A stretch of 64,000 bases of DNA from Coleofasciculus chthonoplastes F2-STO-03 (GTDB taxonomy: Bacteria > Cyanobacteriota > Cyanobacteriia > Cyanobacteriales > Coleofasciculaceae): the NCBI GenBank assembly GCA_040222015.1, contig JAVJWO010000134.1, forward strand, positions 39,035 to 103,034, read 5' to 3'. Positions 17,513 through 26,831 of the stretch are shown here, piece by piece. Positions within the stretch are counted from its first letter, which is position 1, and the number at the start of each line of letters is the position of its first letter. Made by a program: the position numbers and the translations under genes. The notes under the pieces were generated by a model. That model made no database searches, was not told where the DNA came from, and saw only the letters and a list, made by a program, of their open reading frames with translations.

Positions 17513-19978
17513 TCAGCAGCCCCTATTTAATCGTCTCCAAAACACAGGTAAGGTGTAAATCCAAATTGTAACTGAGGGTAAAAAGAAAGGAATTAATAAA
17601 GCAGCAGAAATATAAACCTGTAAGCCAATGATTCCATAAATAGCGGTGGCACTGGTTAATAGTAGCAACCATTGTCCTGTCCAAATTTGTCGGCGTTCAC
17701 TGATGAGTAACACCATTCCTTTACCGAGAAATGCCGCAATACCAACCATCCACAAATCTGGTATTGGAATCACTAATCGCTGGCTTAATAAATGGTACAT
17801 GGTATAGGCATGAGATTCACCCCCTGTATATACAGGGGGATAATTCAGGTGCGGATTTTGCGAGCGCCAATAAGATACAGCCATAGGAATGGGAAAGTTA
17901 TCACTCCCTCCATCAGTTACCCCAGCTTGGTCATATCCGCCCGCCGCAATCAGGACAACTTGCTGGTTTAATTGTTCCGGTGTTGGTGCGTTATCAGTAT
18001 TTTCCAGTAACTCCCAAGCGGCAATTGTTTGATAAGCATAATCGGGGGGAATGGAAAAATCAAGAATTGGATATAACCAAAGTTGTTGGAAATTTCGCGA
18101 TAGGCTAGTCATTGCCGGAAGGCGCAACGGATGCAAAAAGTCGGTGAGGGGATTGGGTGCGGGATTGTTGTCTAAATAGTGAATGAATCGGGTGCGGAAA
18201 TTTGCCGATGAATCCGTCTCGGTTAATCGCTGCGGTTGGGGTAAATTCGGATTAGGGGCTTGATTAGCGGCGTAGGCAAGGGCTAATAAATAGGCAAAGG
18301 AACAACTATCCGCACAATTACTATTGGCGGAGAGAAGTTTGGCGTACCACAGTCGCGCATTGATATAAGCTTCTAAACTCCAATTGGGGTGAGCGAGACT
18401 ATCAATTATTCCCAATTCTTCGTTACCAGTTTTTACCGAAGCAAAGACTAACCAGGTTTGTTTTTTATCAATGGATTGCTGAATGGATTGCGCTAGAACG
18501 TCATCTTCATCGGTGGGACTATCCAGGAGATAATCTAACCCAATAACTTTGGCATCTAAGGCGGTAAGCTGATCAATAATACGGGCTAAATAGGTGCGAT
18601 CAATGGGATTAATGCGGCGTGCATCAATATTGGCATGAATGAGAGACTCGCGATCAATATGCACTAACAGAACAGGGGGAGATTTATCTGTAGGAAGCTG
18701 TTCAGTAATGTTCCGATAAACCGACTGCATCCAAACCCGCCGTTCTAGTAGAAAATCTTGCACCCCAGGGCGTAAACTAAGAAACATGAGAACCAAAAGT
18801 GCGATCGCTTCGGGTTTCGTCGGTAACCAACGCTTAACCTGTTGCTTCCAGCCTGTGGGTTCTAGGCGAAACGGGGGGGCGTCAGGATGGCGAAATAGGG
18901 AGGGAACCAGATAAGCGCTGGGATAGGTGAGATGCTTTTCTAATTTGAGATACCGACACGCTTCCCGCAGGGAGTCTTGCACATCATGAAACTGGGCTAA
19001 CCGTTGCAGAAACTGCACCAGGAATTCTTGGGCGACTTGGTTATGAATCGGTTCTCGCATCACCGCCACCTGAGGAAAGCCTAAATCAATCAGGGAATTG
19101 GCTAAACTGAGTCCATTACAGGAGTTAAACAGGGCAAACTGTAATCCCCGTTCCTTGGCGATTTTCAGAGGGGTAGCGATTTCACTGAAATTCAGAGACA
19201 CTCCTGGCGCGATCGCAAACTCTCCTCCGGTTAATATAGTTTCATTACTATGACCCGCAAAAAATAAGATATCCCAGCCCCGTTCATCGGTAATTTGCTT
19301 GACAATTTCCGTTTTTAATGATTCAGTTTCCTGTCCCGGTTGCCAACCGACAAACACAATCTCAGCAATTCCCGTGAGCGATCGCACCGCCTCTTGATCC
19401 GCCTTAAAATTTAATCCGGTATCATCTCCCCAAATCACCAAAACCCGCGCCCGTCGCCGCCGCCTCGGTGTCACGGTAGTGCCTTGAATTGTCAGAGGTG
19501 TCCGCAGGATATGAATTTGAGATGGTGCCGCAAACTCCGTCCCAATTTCCCAGGCTTCCCAGGGTAATCGGGCGAGTTCTAGGGGATTACAGGTGAGAAA
19601 GATTTCGATAATCGGGGTAATGTCTTTCATCCCCTGATCTCGAACCGCCTGAACGATACGAGAACGAAGTTCAAACAACTCCCCTCGCCGCAACCATTGA
19701 TGAAACTCGTAGAGTAACTTTGCCTCAGCTTGAACCAGTTTAGCGTGCCAATCGATGGGGGGTTTCCTCAAGTTCCCCATCTGAGACACCCGCCCTCGCA
19801 ACGCCTGCTTATAGAAACTCAGATAAACCTTACTCCACTCCTGATAGAGGGTAGTTAGAGTTTCCGGATAAGGTACAGTCACACCAATTAGTTGTCCTCG
19901 CCCCCAAGACAACTCAAATAGACAAGCCTGTTCGATGCGCTGAACTTTGAGATAGAACACAAAACGGTTGGGAGTCAT
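17513..19978 (-). CDS. CHAT + CHASE2 domain membrane protein
   Basis: LARLPWEAW, FFAGHS and LFNSC (His/Cys dyad), then VLLVHID, AKVIGLDYLLD, three C-terminal TM helices. Confidence 0.85.
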   Translation of the reverse strand: MTPNRFVFYLKVQRIEQACLFELSWGRGQLIGVTVPYPETLTTLYQEWSKVYLSFYKQALRGRVSQMGNLRKPPIDWHAKLVQAEAKLLYEFHQWLRRGELFELRSRIVQAVRDQGMKDITPIIEIFLTCNPLELARLPWEAWEIGTEFAAPSQIHILRTPLTIQGTTVTPRRRRRARVLVIWGDDTGLNFKADQEAVRSLTGIAEIVFVGWQPGQETESLKTEIVKQITDERGWDILFFAGHSNETILTGGEFAIAPGVSLNFSEIATPLKIAKERGLQFALFNSCNGLSLANSLIDLGFPQVAVMREPIHNQVAQEFLVQFLQRLAQFHDVQDSLREACRYLKLEKHLTYPSAYLVPSLFRHPDAPPFRLEPTGWKQQVKRWLPTKPEAIALLVLMFLSLRPGVQDFLLERRVWMQSVYRNITEQLPTDKSPPVLLVHIDRESLIHANIDARRINPIDRTYLARIIDQLTALDAKVIGLDYLLDSPTDEDDVLAQSIQQSIDKKQTWLVFASVKTGNEELGIIDSLAHPNWSLEAYINARLWYAKLLSANSNCADSCSFAYLLALAYAANQAPNPNLPQPQRLTETDSSANFRTRFIHYLDNNPAPNPLTDFLHPLRLPAMTSLSRNFQQLWLYPILDFSIPPDYAYQTIAAWELLENTDNAPTPEQLNQQVVLIAAGGYDQAGVTDGGSDNFPIPMAVSYWRSQNPHLNYPPVYTGGESHAYTMYHLLSQRLVIPIPDLWMVGIAAFLGKGMVLLISERRQIWTGQWLLLLTSATAIYGIIGLQVYISAALLIPFFLPSVTIWIYTLPVFWRRLNRGC

Positions 19979-20140
19979 AGTCGATAGAATCGCCGATTGG
20001 CAACCACGATGCCTCGTTTCTTGATTCTATCTCTCAGCCGTGAGGGGGATATGCAGTTTACCTTAGTCGGTGAACAGGAATCCAGCCATCATCTTTGACG
20101 CCAGTATGTGATGCATCGTCAGTAAGCGTAATAGCGGTTT

Positions 20141-20168
20141 GTAGAGACGTTGCATGCAACGTCTCTAC
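20141..20168. repeat. perfect 28-bp palindrome GTAGAGACGTTGCATGCAACGTCTCTAC (identical copy 30175-30202; variants near 17455, 21783, 39690, 44702)
   Basis: Read directly from sequence. Confidence 0.9.
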
Positions 20169-20741
20169 TTAAAGTCCCATCACATCTTCATACAACGCTT
20201 CAATAGGACAGTGAAAATCAACACTAGCCAAGTGAACTTCTTCCCCTTGACTATAGGGATGGAGAACCCAAAGTCCTTCAGAATTACGCCGAAAATACTC
20301 TACACTAATCCGTTCTTGATTAATTAGTACGTAGTCTTCTAAACTGTCTAAGGTTCTATAGTCAGCAAATTTATCTCCTCTATCAAAAGCGGCGGTTTTA
20401 GGAGATAGGACTTCAACGACTAAACAAGGATAGCGAATAAAGTCTTCGTCAGAGGAAGAATTATCCCGTTCATCACAAGTTACCGTGACATCGGGATAGT
20501 AATAAATACTAGCCGCTTCAATCTGGACTTTCATATCTGCCATGTAAGGGATACAACCTCTCCCCCGCAGATGGCTTCTTAGCATCGCAAATAGGTTGCC
20601 TGCAATAGTCACATGGGCTTTACTAGCACCTGCCATGGCATAAACTTCCCCACGAATATATTCATGCTTGATTGGGGACACTCTCTCTCCTTCTAAATAG
20701 TCTTCTGGAGAGATATAGGCGTAATTTGGACTCACTGTCAT
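20169..20741 (-). CDS. Uma2 (DUF820) family endonuclease-fold protein
   Basis: KHEYIRGEVYAMAGAS, YYYPDVTVTCD, VEVLSPKT..DRGDKF. Confidence 0.9.
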   Translation of the reverse strand: MTVSPNYAYISPEDYLEGERVSPIKHEYIRGEVYAMAGASKAHVTIAGNLFAMLRSHLRGRGCIPYMADMKVQIEAASIYYYPDVTVTCDERDNSSSDEDFIRYPCLVVEVLSPKTAAFDRGDKFADYRTLDSLEDYVLINQERISVEYFRRNSEGLWVLHPYSQGEEVHLASVDFHCPIEALYEDVMGL

Positions 20742-20886
20742 TTGAGCAACACTCCCTTTTTTATTATCACTTAGGTTTTACGCAATTTGAGGATTTAAAC
20801 TATAGAGGTAGGGTGGGCAATGCCCACCTAATAGCTTGGCAAGGTTAAAACAGTGGTCAAGTATTTTCGACTTTTTTATTGTCACT

Positions 20887-21077
20887 TAGGATTGATGCCA
20901 CTGACTGGTATGTTGGTGGGCAATGTCCACCCTACGGTATATCAAAGGTTTCGGTGATTCCCTAATGCTTATTTCAGACTACTAAGCTGTGATGCATTGA
21001 CAATAATTTTAAATGATGAACCGCTTATTGATAAGGTGGGCAATGCCCACCCTACATGAGACTATGCGTCAATCCTA
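20887..21077. mobile_element. nested MITE-like stretch (TAGGATTGATGC...GCGTCAATCCTA ends) containing GGTGGGCAATG(C/T)CCACCCTAC hairpins and a 45-bp mini element at 20983-21027
   Basis: Terminal inverted repeats read by eye. Confidence 0.55.
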
Positions 21078-21138
21078 TTACTGTTATTGTTGAAGTACAC
21101 TCTATCGTACCCCGACAAACAATAAACGGATCACATCC

Positions 21139-21588
21139 TTACTCGTAAATCCAAGGATTGATGGTTGGTTGCCAACTTACCAGTTCCTCTTCCTTAAACC
21201 AAAGCTTAATTTCCTCTTTAGCCGTGTCTGATCCATCGGAACCATGAATCAGGTTGCGACCAACCGTAACGCCAAAATCACCCCGAATCGTTCCCGGTTC
21301 AGCACTGAGGGGATTGGTTGCACCAATGATTTTCCGAGCAGAAGCGATAATCCCCTCCCCTTCCCAAACCATGGCGACAACAGGACCAGAGGTGATGAAT
21401 TTGATGAGTCCAGCAAAAAACCCCTTGTCTTTGTGAACCGCATAGTGTTGTTCAGCCAGTTCCCGGCTAACACTCATCAGCTTGAGTCCCACCAGGGTAA
21501 AGCCTTTGGTTTCCAGGCGTTGGATAATTTCACCCACCAGATTACGCTGGACGCCATCTGGCTTAATCATCAAAAATGTTCGCTCCAA
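21139..21588 (-). CDS. ndk: nucleoside diphosphate kinase
   Basis: [29 protein letters not shown]; probable TTG start at 21588 with GAGGAG RBS gives 149 aa. Confidence 0.96.
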   Translation of the reverse strand: MERTFLMIKPDGVQRNLVGEIIQRLETKGFTLVGLKLMSVSRELAEQHYAVHKDKGFFAGLIKFITSGPVVAMVWEGEGIIASARKIIGATNPLSAEPGTIRGDFGVTVGRNLIHGSDGSDTAKEEIKLWFKEEELVSWQPTINPWIYE

Positions 21589-21836
21589 ATTTCTCTCCTC
21601 AAGATTTTTCACAAATTACCAAACCCAGATTAGACCATATTCGTGTCCATCGCCCAATCAGACTAAATCTGGGTCAACTAAATAGATGGTAGGGACAAGG
21701 CAACAGGCAACAGGCAACAGGCAACAGGACTCAAGGTATAAAGGTTACAAAGGCGGATTGGGTATCATGTTTCAGCAAGGCGAGAGACGTTCCATGGAAC
21801 GTCTCTACAAATTCTAGTGTGGTATTATCTGTTTGT

Positions 21837-22916
21837 TTACTTCGTCTTGGTTTGCCCTTTAGCCTGTTCTAATGCAATTTCTTTCAGCGCCTGATAAGAA
21901 TTGGAATTTGAGGTTCCTTCAATTGCCTTAACTGCTAAATCTTGCACCTGTTTCAGCGCCGCATCCAGTTGTTTGGAGAGATTTTCAATGCGGGATTCCT
22001 GATTTTCAATGGTTTCTTGCAGCGATTCAATTCGTAGGTTATAGAAGCGTTTTTGCCCGTCGATTTCTAACTGTTGTAAATCTGCCTTAACTTTAACTTG
22101 ATTATTCGCGATCGCCTTTCCTTGTTCTTTGGCTTTCTTCACCGCCGCTTCCTTCTCTTGGTCAAAGGCGTCTACCTTAGATTTTAACTCATCAAACGTC
22201 TTCTCCTGTTGTGCGATCGCCTTTTCTCGCTCCTCCCATTGCTGTTGTTGCGCTTGATTGGCTTCTTCCAATTCCTTGTACAGGCTTTTCTGTTGCTGCT
22301 CGTAAGCATCCTGATCTAAATCACGGCGTAATTCCAAATCATACTTGTACTCTTGCTCCTCCCGTTGACGACTTCTTTGATCGTCTTCGTTCCGCTCCTT
22401 AATGGCTTGTTGATGTTCAGCTTGTTCTTTTTGCCAAGCTTGACGCAAGTCCTGAATTTCTTGTTCTAATGCCTCTCGCTGTTGACTGAGTTCGGCTTCA
22501 AAGGTTTTTGAGTTTTCTTCGTAAGTTTCAATTAACTCATCCAGCGTATCTTCTTCAATTTCATCTAAATCATATAAGGCTTCAAGCTGTTGTGTTTCTT
22601 CGGCAACCGCTTGGCGCAAGTCTTGTAAACTTGCGGCTTCAGTTGTGAGTTTTTCCGATAACTCACTCACCGCACCACCAAATCCAACGTGCAGCTCAAC
22701 CAGGCAATCCATGGTTGCTGTCATTTTATCAGAAGCGGTAGACAGCTTTTTACTCACGATTCCAGAGTGCTGACCATTTTGAGATGCGCCGTTATTTTTG
22801 ACCTCTTTCTGAAGTTGTTTTAGTTTACTTTCTAATTCTTTCCGTTCTTTCCATAATTCTTCATAAGATTCGAGGATTTCAGCTTTGGTGTTTTTGCTAT
22901 TGGGTTTACTTGCCAT
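21837..22916 (-). CDS. coiled-coil protein (paralog of upstream gene)
   Basis: E/Q/K-rich heptads, C-terminal LAVKAIEG; probable ATG at 22916 because the longer ORF start lies inside a REP-like repeat. Confidence 0.8.
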   Translation of the reverse strand: MASKPNSKNTKAEILESYEELWKERKELESKLKQLQKEVKNNGASQNGQHSGIVSKKLSTASDKMTATMDCLVELHVGFGGAVSELSEKLTTEAASLQDLRQAVAEETQQLEALYDLDEIEEDTLDELIETYEENSKTFEAELSQQREALEQEIQDLRQAWQKEQAEHQQAIKERNEDDQRSRQREEQEYKYDLELRRDLDQDAYEQQQKSLYKELEEANQAQQQQWEEREKAIAQQEKTFDELKSKVDAFDQEKEAAVKKAKEQGKAIANNQVKVKADLQQLEIDGQKRFYNLRIESLQETIENQESRIENLSKQLDAALKQVQDLAVKAIEGTSNSNSYQALKEIALEQAKGQTKTK

Positions 22917-23122
22917 AATTCTTACCTGGGATATTCTGAATCGTGATGGATGATCAGTTAATGGTTGGGTTAGGGCGGGTTTAGTTACGTTATCGGTTTT
23001 GTCCACAACGTTATTGGTGAAACCCGCCCCTACAACCCGGCTTACCCTAGATGGGCGGGTTTAGTTAAGTTATCGGTTTTGTCCACAACGTTATCGGTAA
23101 AACCCGCCCCTACAGAACGGAT

Positions 23123-24145
23123 CTAGGCTTTGCTTTTGGGAGCATTATTAACGTTTGTCGAACTATCAAAAGCCCTCATTGCCAACGCCTGAGACTGCTT
23201 GAGGCTATCCTGCAATTGAGCATAGAGTTGATTAATTTGTTCAGTCTGCTTTTGAATTGTTTCTTCTAGGGACTGAACTTTGAACTCATAACTTTGCTGG
23301 CTGGCTTCCCATTCTTTATCCAGTAACTCCGCTTTAACTTTGGCGTCTTGGTGAACCTCTTTAATCGCCTCTTCCCTGGCTTTTTTCACCGATTCATCTA
23401 AGTCTTTGGGGAAGTTATCAACTTTTTGCTGATATTCTTTAAATAGAGGCTGACGCTCTTGCAGGATTTTTTCCCGTTCTGACCAATGTTTTTCTTTTTC
23501 TTGATTGGCTTCGCGCAGTTCTCGTTCTTGGTTACGTTTTAAGGTTTCATATTCATCAGCCTCAATTTTGCGCTGACGTTCTATTTGGTAAGTATAGTCA
23601 GATTCTTGCTGTTGTCGCTCTTTGGCTAAGGATTCAGCGTCTTCCTGAACCTTTTGCTCAAATTCCGCCTGTTCTTTTAACCAGGATTTGTGCTTATCCG
23701 CTTTATCTTTCTCAATCGCCTGACGCTGTTCTGTGGTGGTTTGTTCAAGACGTTTCCGGTTTTCCTGGTGTTCTTGGGTGAGAATATGCAAAGCGTCAGC
23801 GACGACGCGAATTTGTTGTAAGTATTGTAGTTGCTGTGTTTCTACCTGAATGGCTAACTTGAGTTGATCGCTTTTTGCTGATTCAGTGGTTAATTTTTCG
23901 GAGAGTTGATTAATAATTGTGCCAAAGTCTAATTGTAAATCGGCTAATCCTTTGACAATACTATCGACGGTGTAGGTTGAGGCGACGTCTAGAACATGTT
24001 GATTTTTCTGTTTTTCAGCTTCTTCTTCCTTGGTAGCGATTTTGGAGTCAATGGTTTTGCGTTGGTTCAGGATTTGCTCAAAGGCTTGAAAAATTTGGTC
24101 TTTGCTGTCTTTGGTTGCAACCACAATTGGTCTCCTTATTCTCAA
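23123..24145 (-). CDS. coiled-coil protein
   Basis: E/Q/K-rich; shares LSEKLTTE and LA.(R/K)A.. motifs with downstream paralog; start uncertain. Confidence 0.8.
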   Translation of the reverse strand: MRIRRPIVVATKDSKDQIFQAFEQILNQRKTIDSKIATKEEEAEKQKNQHVLDVASTYTVDSIVKGLADLQLDFGTIINQLSEKLTTESAKSDQLKLAIQVETQQLQYLQQIRVVADALHILTQEHQENRKRLEQTTTEQRQAIEKDKADKHKSWLKEQAEFEQKVQEDAESLAKERQQQESDYTYQIERQRKIEADEYETLKRNQERELREANQEKEKHWSEREKILQERQPLFKEYQQKVDNFPKDLDESVKKAREEAIKEVHQDAKVKAELLDKEWEASQQSYEFKVQSLEETIQKQTEQINQLYAQLQDSLKQSQALAMRAFDSSTNVNNAPKSKA

Positions 24146-24262
24146 TAACTTACATCAATCCGCGATCGCATGTTCCCTAAGTTAGCCTCTCAGGATTGGG
24201 ATCGGGTGTGATCTGGGCGTCTCAGGTGGTTTACTCGACTCGCGATCACCTCGTTCTAAATT

Positions 24263-24278
24263 TAGTACATTTGTACTA
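24263..24278. promoter_or_regulatory. LexA-box-like palindrome TAGTACATTTGTACTA
   Basis: Matches cyanobacterial AGTAC-N4-GTACT consensus, ~120 bp upstream of the coiled-coil pair. Confidence 0.65.
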
Positions 24279-24715
24279 TAAATAGTATAGTCAGAGTGTC
24301 CGGCAACTGTCAAGTTAAGCAAACAGCCGTTAAACCGCGTAAAGTAAAGCTATAGAAAGAATTTGACGGAATTTAGTTGGTCAGCATTAATTTTGCTCGA
24401 TTCCTCATACAGTGCCTTTGGTAGTAATATTATGTCCGGTTGAATACTCACATTTAGGTGGAGACAAGGCAGAGGGCTCCAAGGGAAGAAGCTTTTGTTG
24501 CAAGGAAGAAGGATATTACGGTTATTTCGGCGGAAATGATATAAGTTATGCCAAAGATTTAAACCAAATTTTGCTTTCTTAATATTTACTTAATCTTTAT
24601 TTAATCTTTACATTTGGCGATTGGATTCTACCGTTGCCGATGCAGACAGACCCATCTATCGGGCGAGGGAGGTTGTTTCGTCAAATGTTAAGAATATAGA
24701 ACCAGGATGACTCAA

Positions 24716-24780
24716 GGTCAGGAACCCCACGCCTAAAGGCGGGGGCTTGGAATTGAGCCGCAACCTGACCAGCCTAAGAC
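24716..24780 (+). ncRNA. 5' fragment of an IscB omega-RNA (HEARO)-like / IS200-IS605 end, no associated ORF
   Basis: GGTCAGG..CCTGACC stem enclosing CCCCACGCCTAAAGGCGGGGGCTT hairpin, followed by AGCCTAAG. Confidence 0.6.
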
Positions 24781-24820
24781 TTACGCTTCTCCCCCTTACC
24801 AACCCCAATTTCCGATTCCG

Positions 24821-26068
24821 ATGAAAATCTTCATAACCATGGAAGCACAACAACGCAGGAATCTACTCGCTCTATTCGCGGCGGGTCTTCTGTTTTGGTC
24901 AAGTTTAGCTTCGATGCTACCAGCATTACCCCCTTACATTGAAGACATGGGGGGAACAACGCAGCAAGTCGGGATGGTGATGGGCGGCTTTGCGATCGGG
25001 TTGTTGATGTTTCGACAACGGTTGGGACATTTAGCCGATCAACATAGCCGTAAACTGGTGATCCTGATTGGTACGATTGTGATGGCGATCGCACCGTTAG
25101 GGTATTTGTTTGCGGATTCGATTGCCTGGTTAATGGCAATCCGGGTCTTTCATGGGATTGGTTTAGCGGCATTTACGACAGGCTATATCGCCTTGGTGAC
25201 CGATTTGTCACCCGTAGGTCAACGAGGAGAGTTAATTGGCTATATGAGTCTGGTAACGCCCTTGGGTATGGGATTAGGTCCAGCCTTGGGGGGATTGCTG
25301 GAGGCTCAAGCGGGTTACACCGTGTTTTTTCTATTTTCTGGGGGATTAGGTTTATTAGCGTTTGTTTGTGCCAGCCAGGTGAGGGAACCTGAGCGAATCC
25401 AGGGAGCAAAACTGAAAACAGCTAAACTGACGTTCAAAGGATTCTGGCAGCTATTGGGAAGTCCCCGGCTGCGAATTCCGGCTGTGGTGTTGCTTTTGGC
25501 TGGGTTGGCGTTTGGTGGGGTGAGTACATTTGCGGCGTTGTATATCCGAGCCACAAATGTCGATTTAAATCCGGGCTGGTTTTTCACGGCGGTGGCGATT
25601 GGGAGTTTCGGGATGCGTTTAATCGCGGGGCGGGCGTCTGATCGGTATGGGCGAGGCGTGTTTATTACCGGGAGTCTGATTGGCTATGGACTCGCCTTAA
25701 CCCTGTTTTCTCAAGCGAAAACCCCACAAGCCTTTTTGCTGATTGGTTTAATTCAAGGATCAGGGGCGGGGATTTTATTACCCTTGATGATCGCCTTAAT
25801 TTCCGATCGCTCCGGTGCCCATGAACGTGGGCGCGTGTTCTCGGCTTGTATTGCGGGGTTTGATTTAGGGATTGCGATCGCAGGACCTTTTTGGGGTACG
25901 ATGGCTGAATCTCTGGGCTATCCCAGCATTTTTCTGGGCGCAGCGGGTTTGATTGTCTTAGCTGTGATTATTTTCATCACCCAATCGAGCAAAACCTTAT
26001 CTCATTCCCTCAGATTTGCTGTAGGGCGGGAGCGAGATATTTATGTTTATCGGGATGTTGAGTCTTAG
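24821..26068 (+). CDS. MFS transporter
   Basis: ~12 hydrophobic segments; GHLADQHSRK and GRASDRYGR loop motifs. Confidence 0.92.
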   Translation: MKIFITMEAQQRRNLLALFAAGLLFWSSLASMLPALPPYIEDMGGTTQQVGMVMGGFAIGLLMFRQRLGHLADQHSRKLVILIGTIVMAIAPLGYLFADSIAWLMAIRVFHGIGLAAFTTGYIALVTDLSPVGQRGELIGYMSLVTPLGMGLGPALGGLLEAQAGYTVFFLFSGGLGLLAFVCASQVREPERIQGAKLKTAKLTFKGFWQLLGSPRLRIPAVVLLLAGLAFGGVSTFAALYIRATNVDLNPGWFFTAVAIGSFGMRLIAGRASDRYGRGVFITGSLIGYGLALTLFSQAKTPQAFLLIGLIQGSGAGILLPLMIALISDRSGAHERGRVFSACIAGFDLGIAIAGPFWGTMAESLGYPSIFLGAAGLIVLAVIIFITQSSKTLSHSLRFAVGRERDIYVYRDVES

Positions 26069-26175
26069 TGTAGAGGTGTTGAAAAGCTGGGCAAGATGGG
26101 GGAGATAGGGAAGATAGGGGAGCAAACATAAGACGAATGACGAATGACGAATGACGAATGACGAATGACAAGAAA

Positions 26176-26430
26176 GTGATGCGACTTAAATCAGAGTTGT
26201 CTGATGCTGAGGTTGAACAGCTTAATGCTGAGTTTAGCGATATCATCGTCAAGGGTCAGATTGACAAAATTAAGGCTTTGCCGGAAGAACTTCCGGATGA
26301 AACGGCAGATATGCCCCGCTTAATTTTTTACTTTAACCGCAAAGATTCTGGACGTCTCTATCAACTGATCGCTCGAATTAGTCAAATGGCGGCTGCATCC
26401 CCAGCAACAACCCATCCTGAACGTAAATAG
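26176..26430 (+). pseudogene. C-terminal remnant of a long LOG-family protein, preceded by TGACGAA heptamer repeats
   Basis: VMRLKSELSD..LNAEFSDII..PRLIFYFNRKDSGRLYQLI resembles the C-terminus of long LOG proteins; no N-terminal domain present. Confidence 0.5.
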
Positions 26431-26618
26431 GTAAGTAGATAAAAAAGAATGAACCCAAAAATAAATATATTTTTCAGAACAAAAAATATATTTATTTTTA
26501 TTTTTAAACCCAAATATTGCTTTTATTTTCCTTTTATCAATCTTTAATATAACTTTATCAAAAAATGATGACACTTCATATTATAATTGCCAGAATAGCT
26601 ATTAGTGGTACCTGCGAA

Positions 26619-26721
26619 TAAGCGGTTCGGCATTTAAACCATAATGTCAAGAATTGCAAAATCCTTGTAGTGCGAGCATCTTGCTCGCTACCCATTCCCA
26701 ATTTAAATGCGTGACAGCTTA
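26619..26721 (+). mobile_element. MITE (TAAGCGGTTCGGCATTTAAA...TTTAAATGCGTGACAGCTTA) carrying a REP at 26667-26688
   Basis: Imperfect TIR; homologous copy at 30036-30163. Confidence 0.75.
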
Positions 26722-26831
26722 GCACCACAAACAATGTCCGAGCAAACATTATTGTAGCCGCCAATTCCTGCTCTGAGAACAAATCACTGGTTTTGTTCTT
26801 GCTTAATGAACTAACTAATAGGAGTAAAAGA

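Noticed and set aside
22917..23006. N-terminal extension of coiled-coil ORF
   Set aside because: Starts inside a REP-like repeat; ATG 22916 is more plausible.
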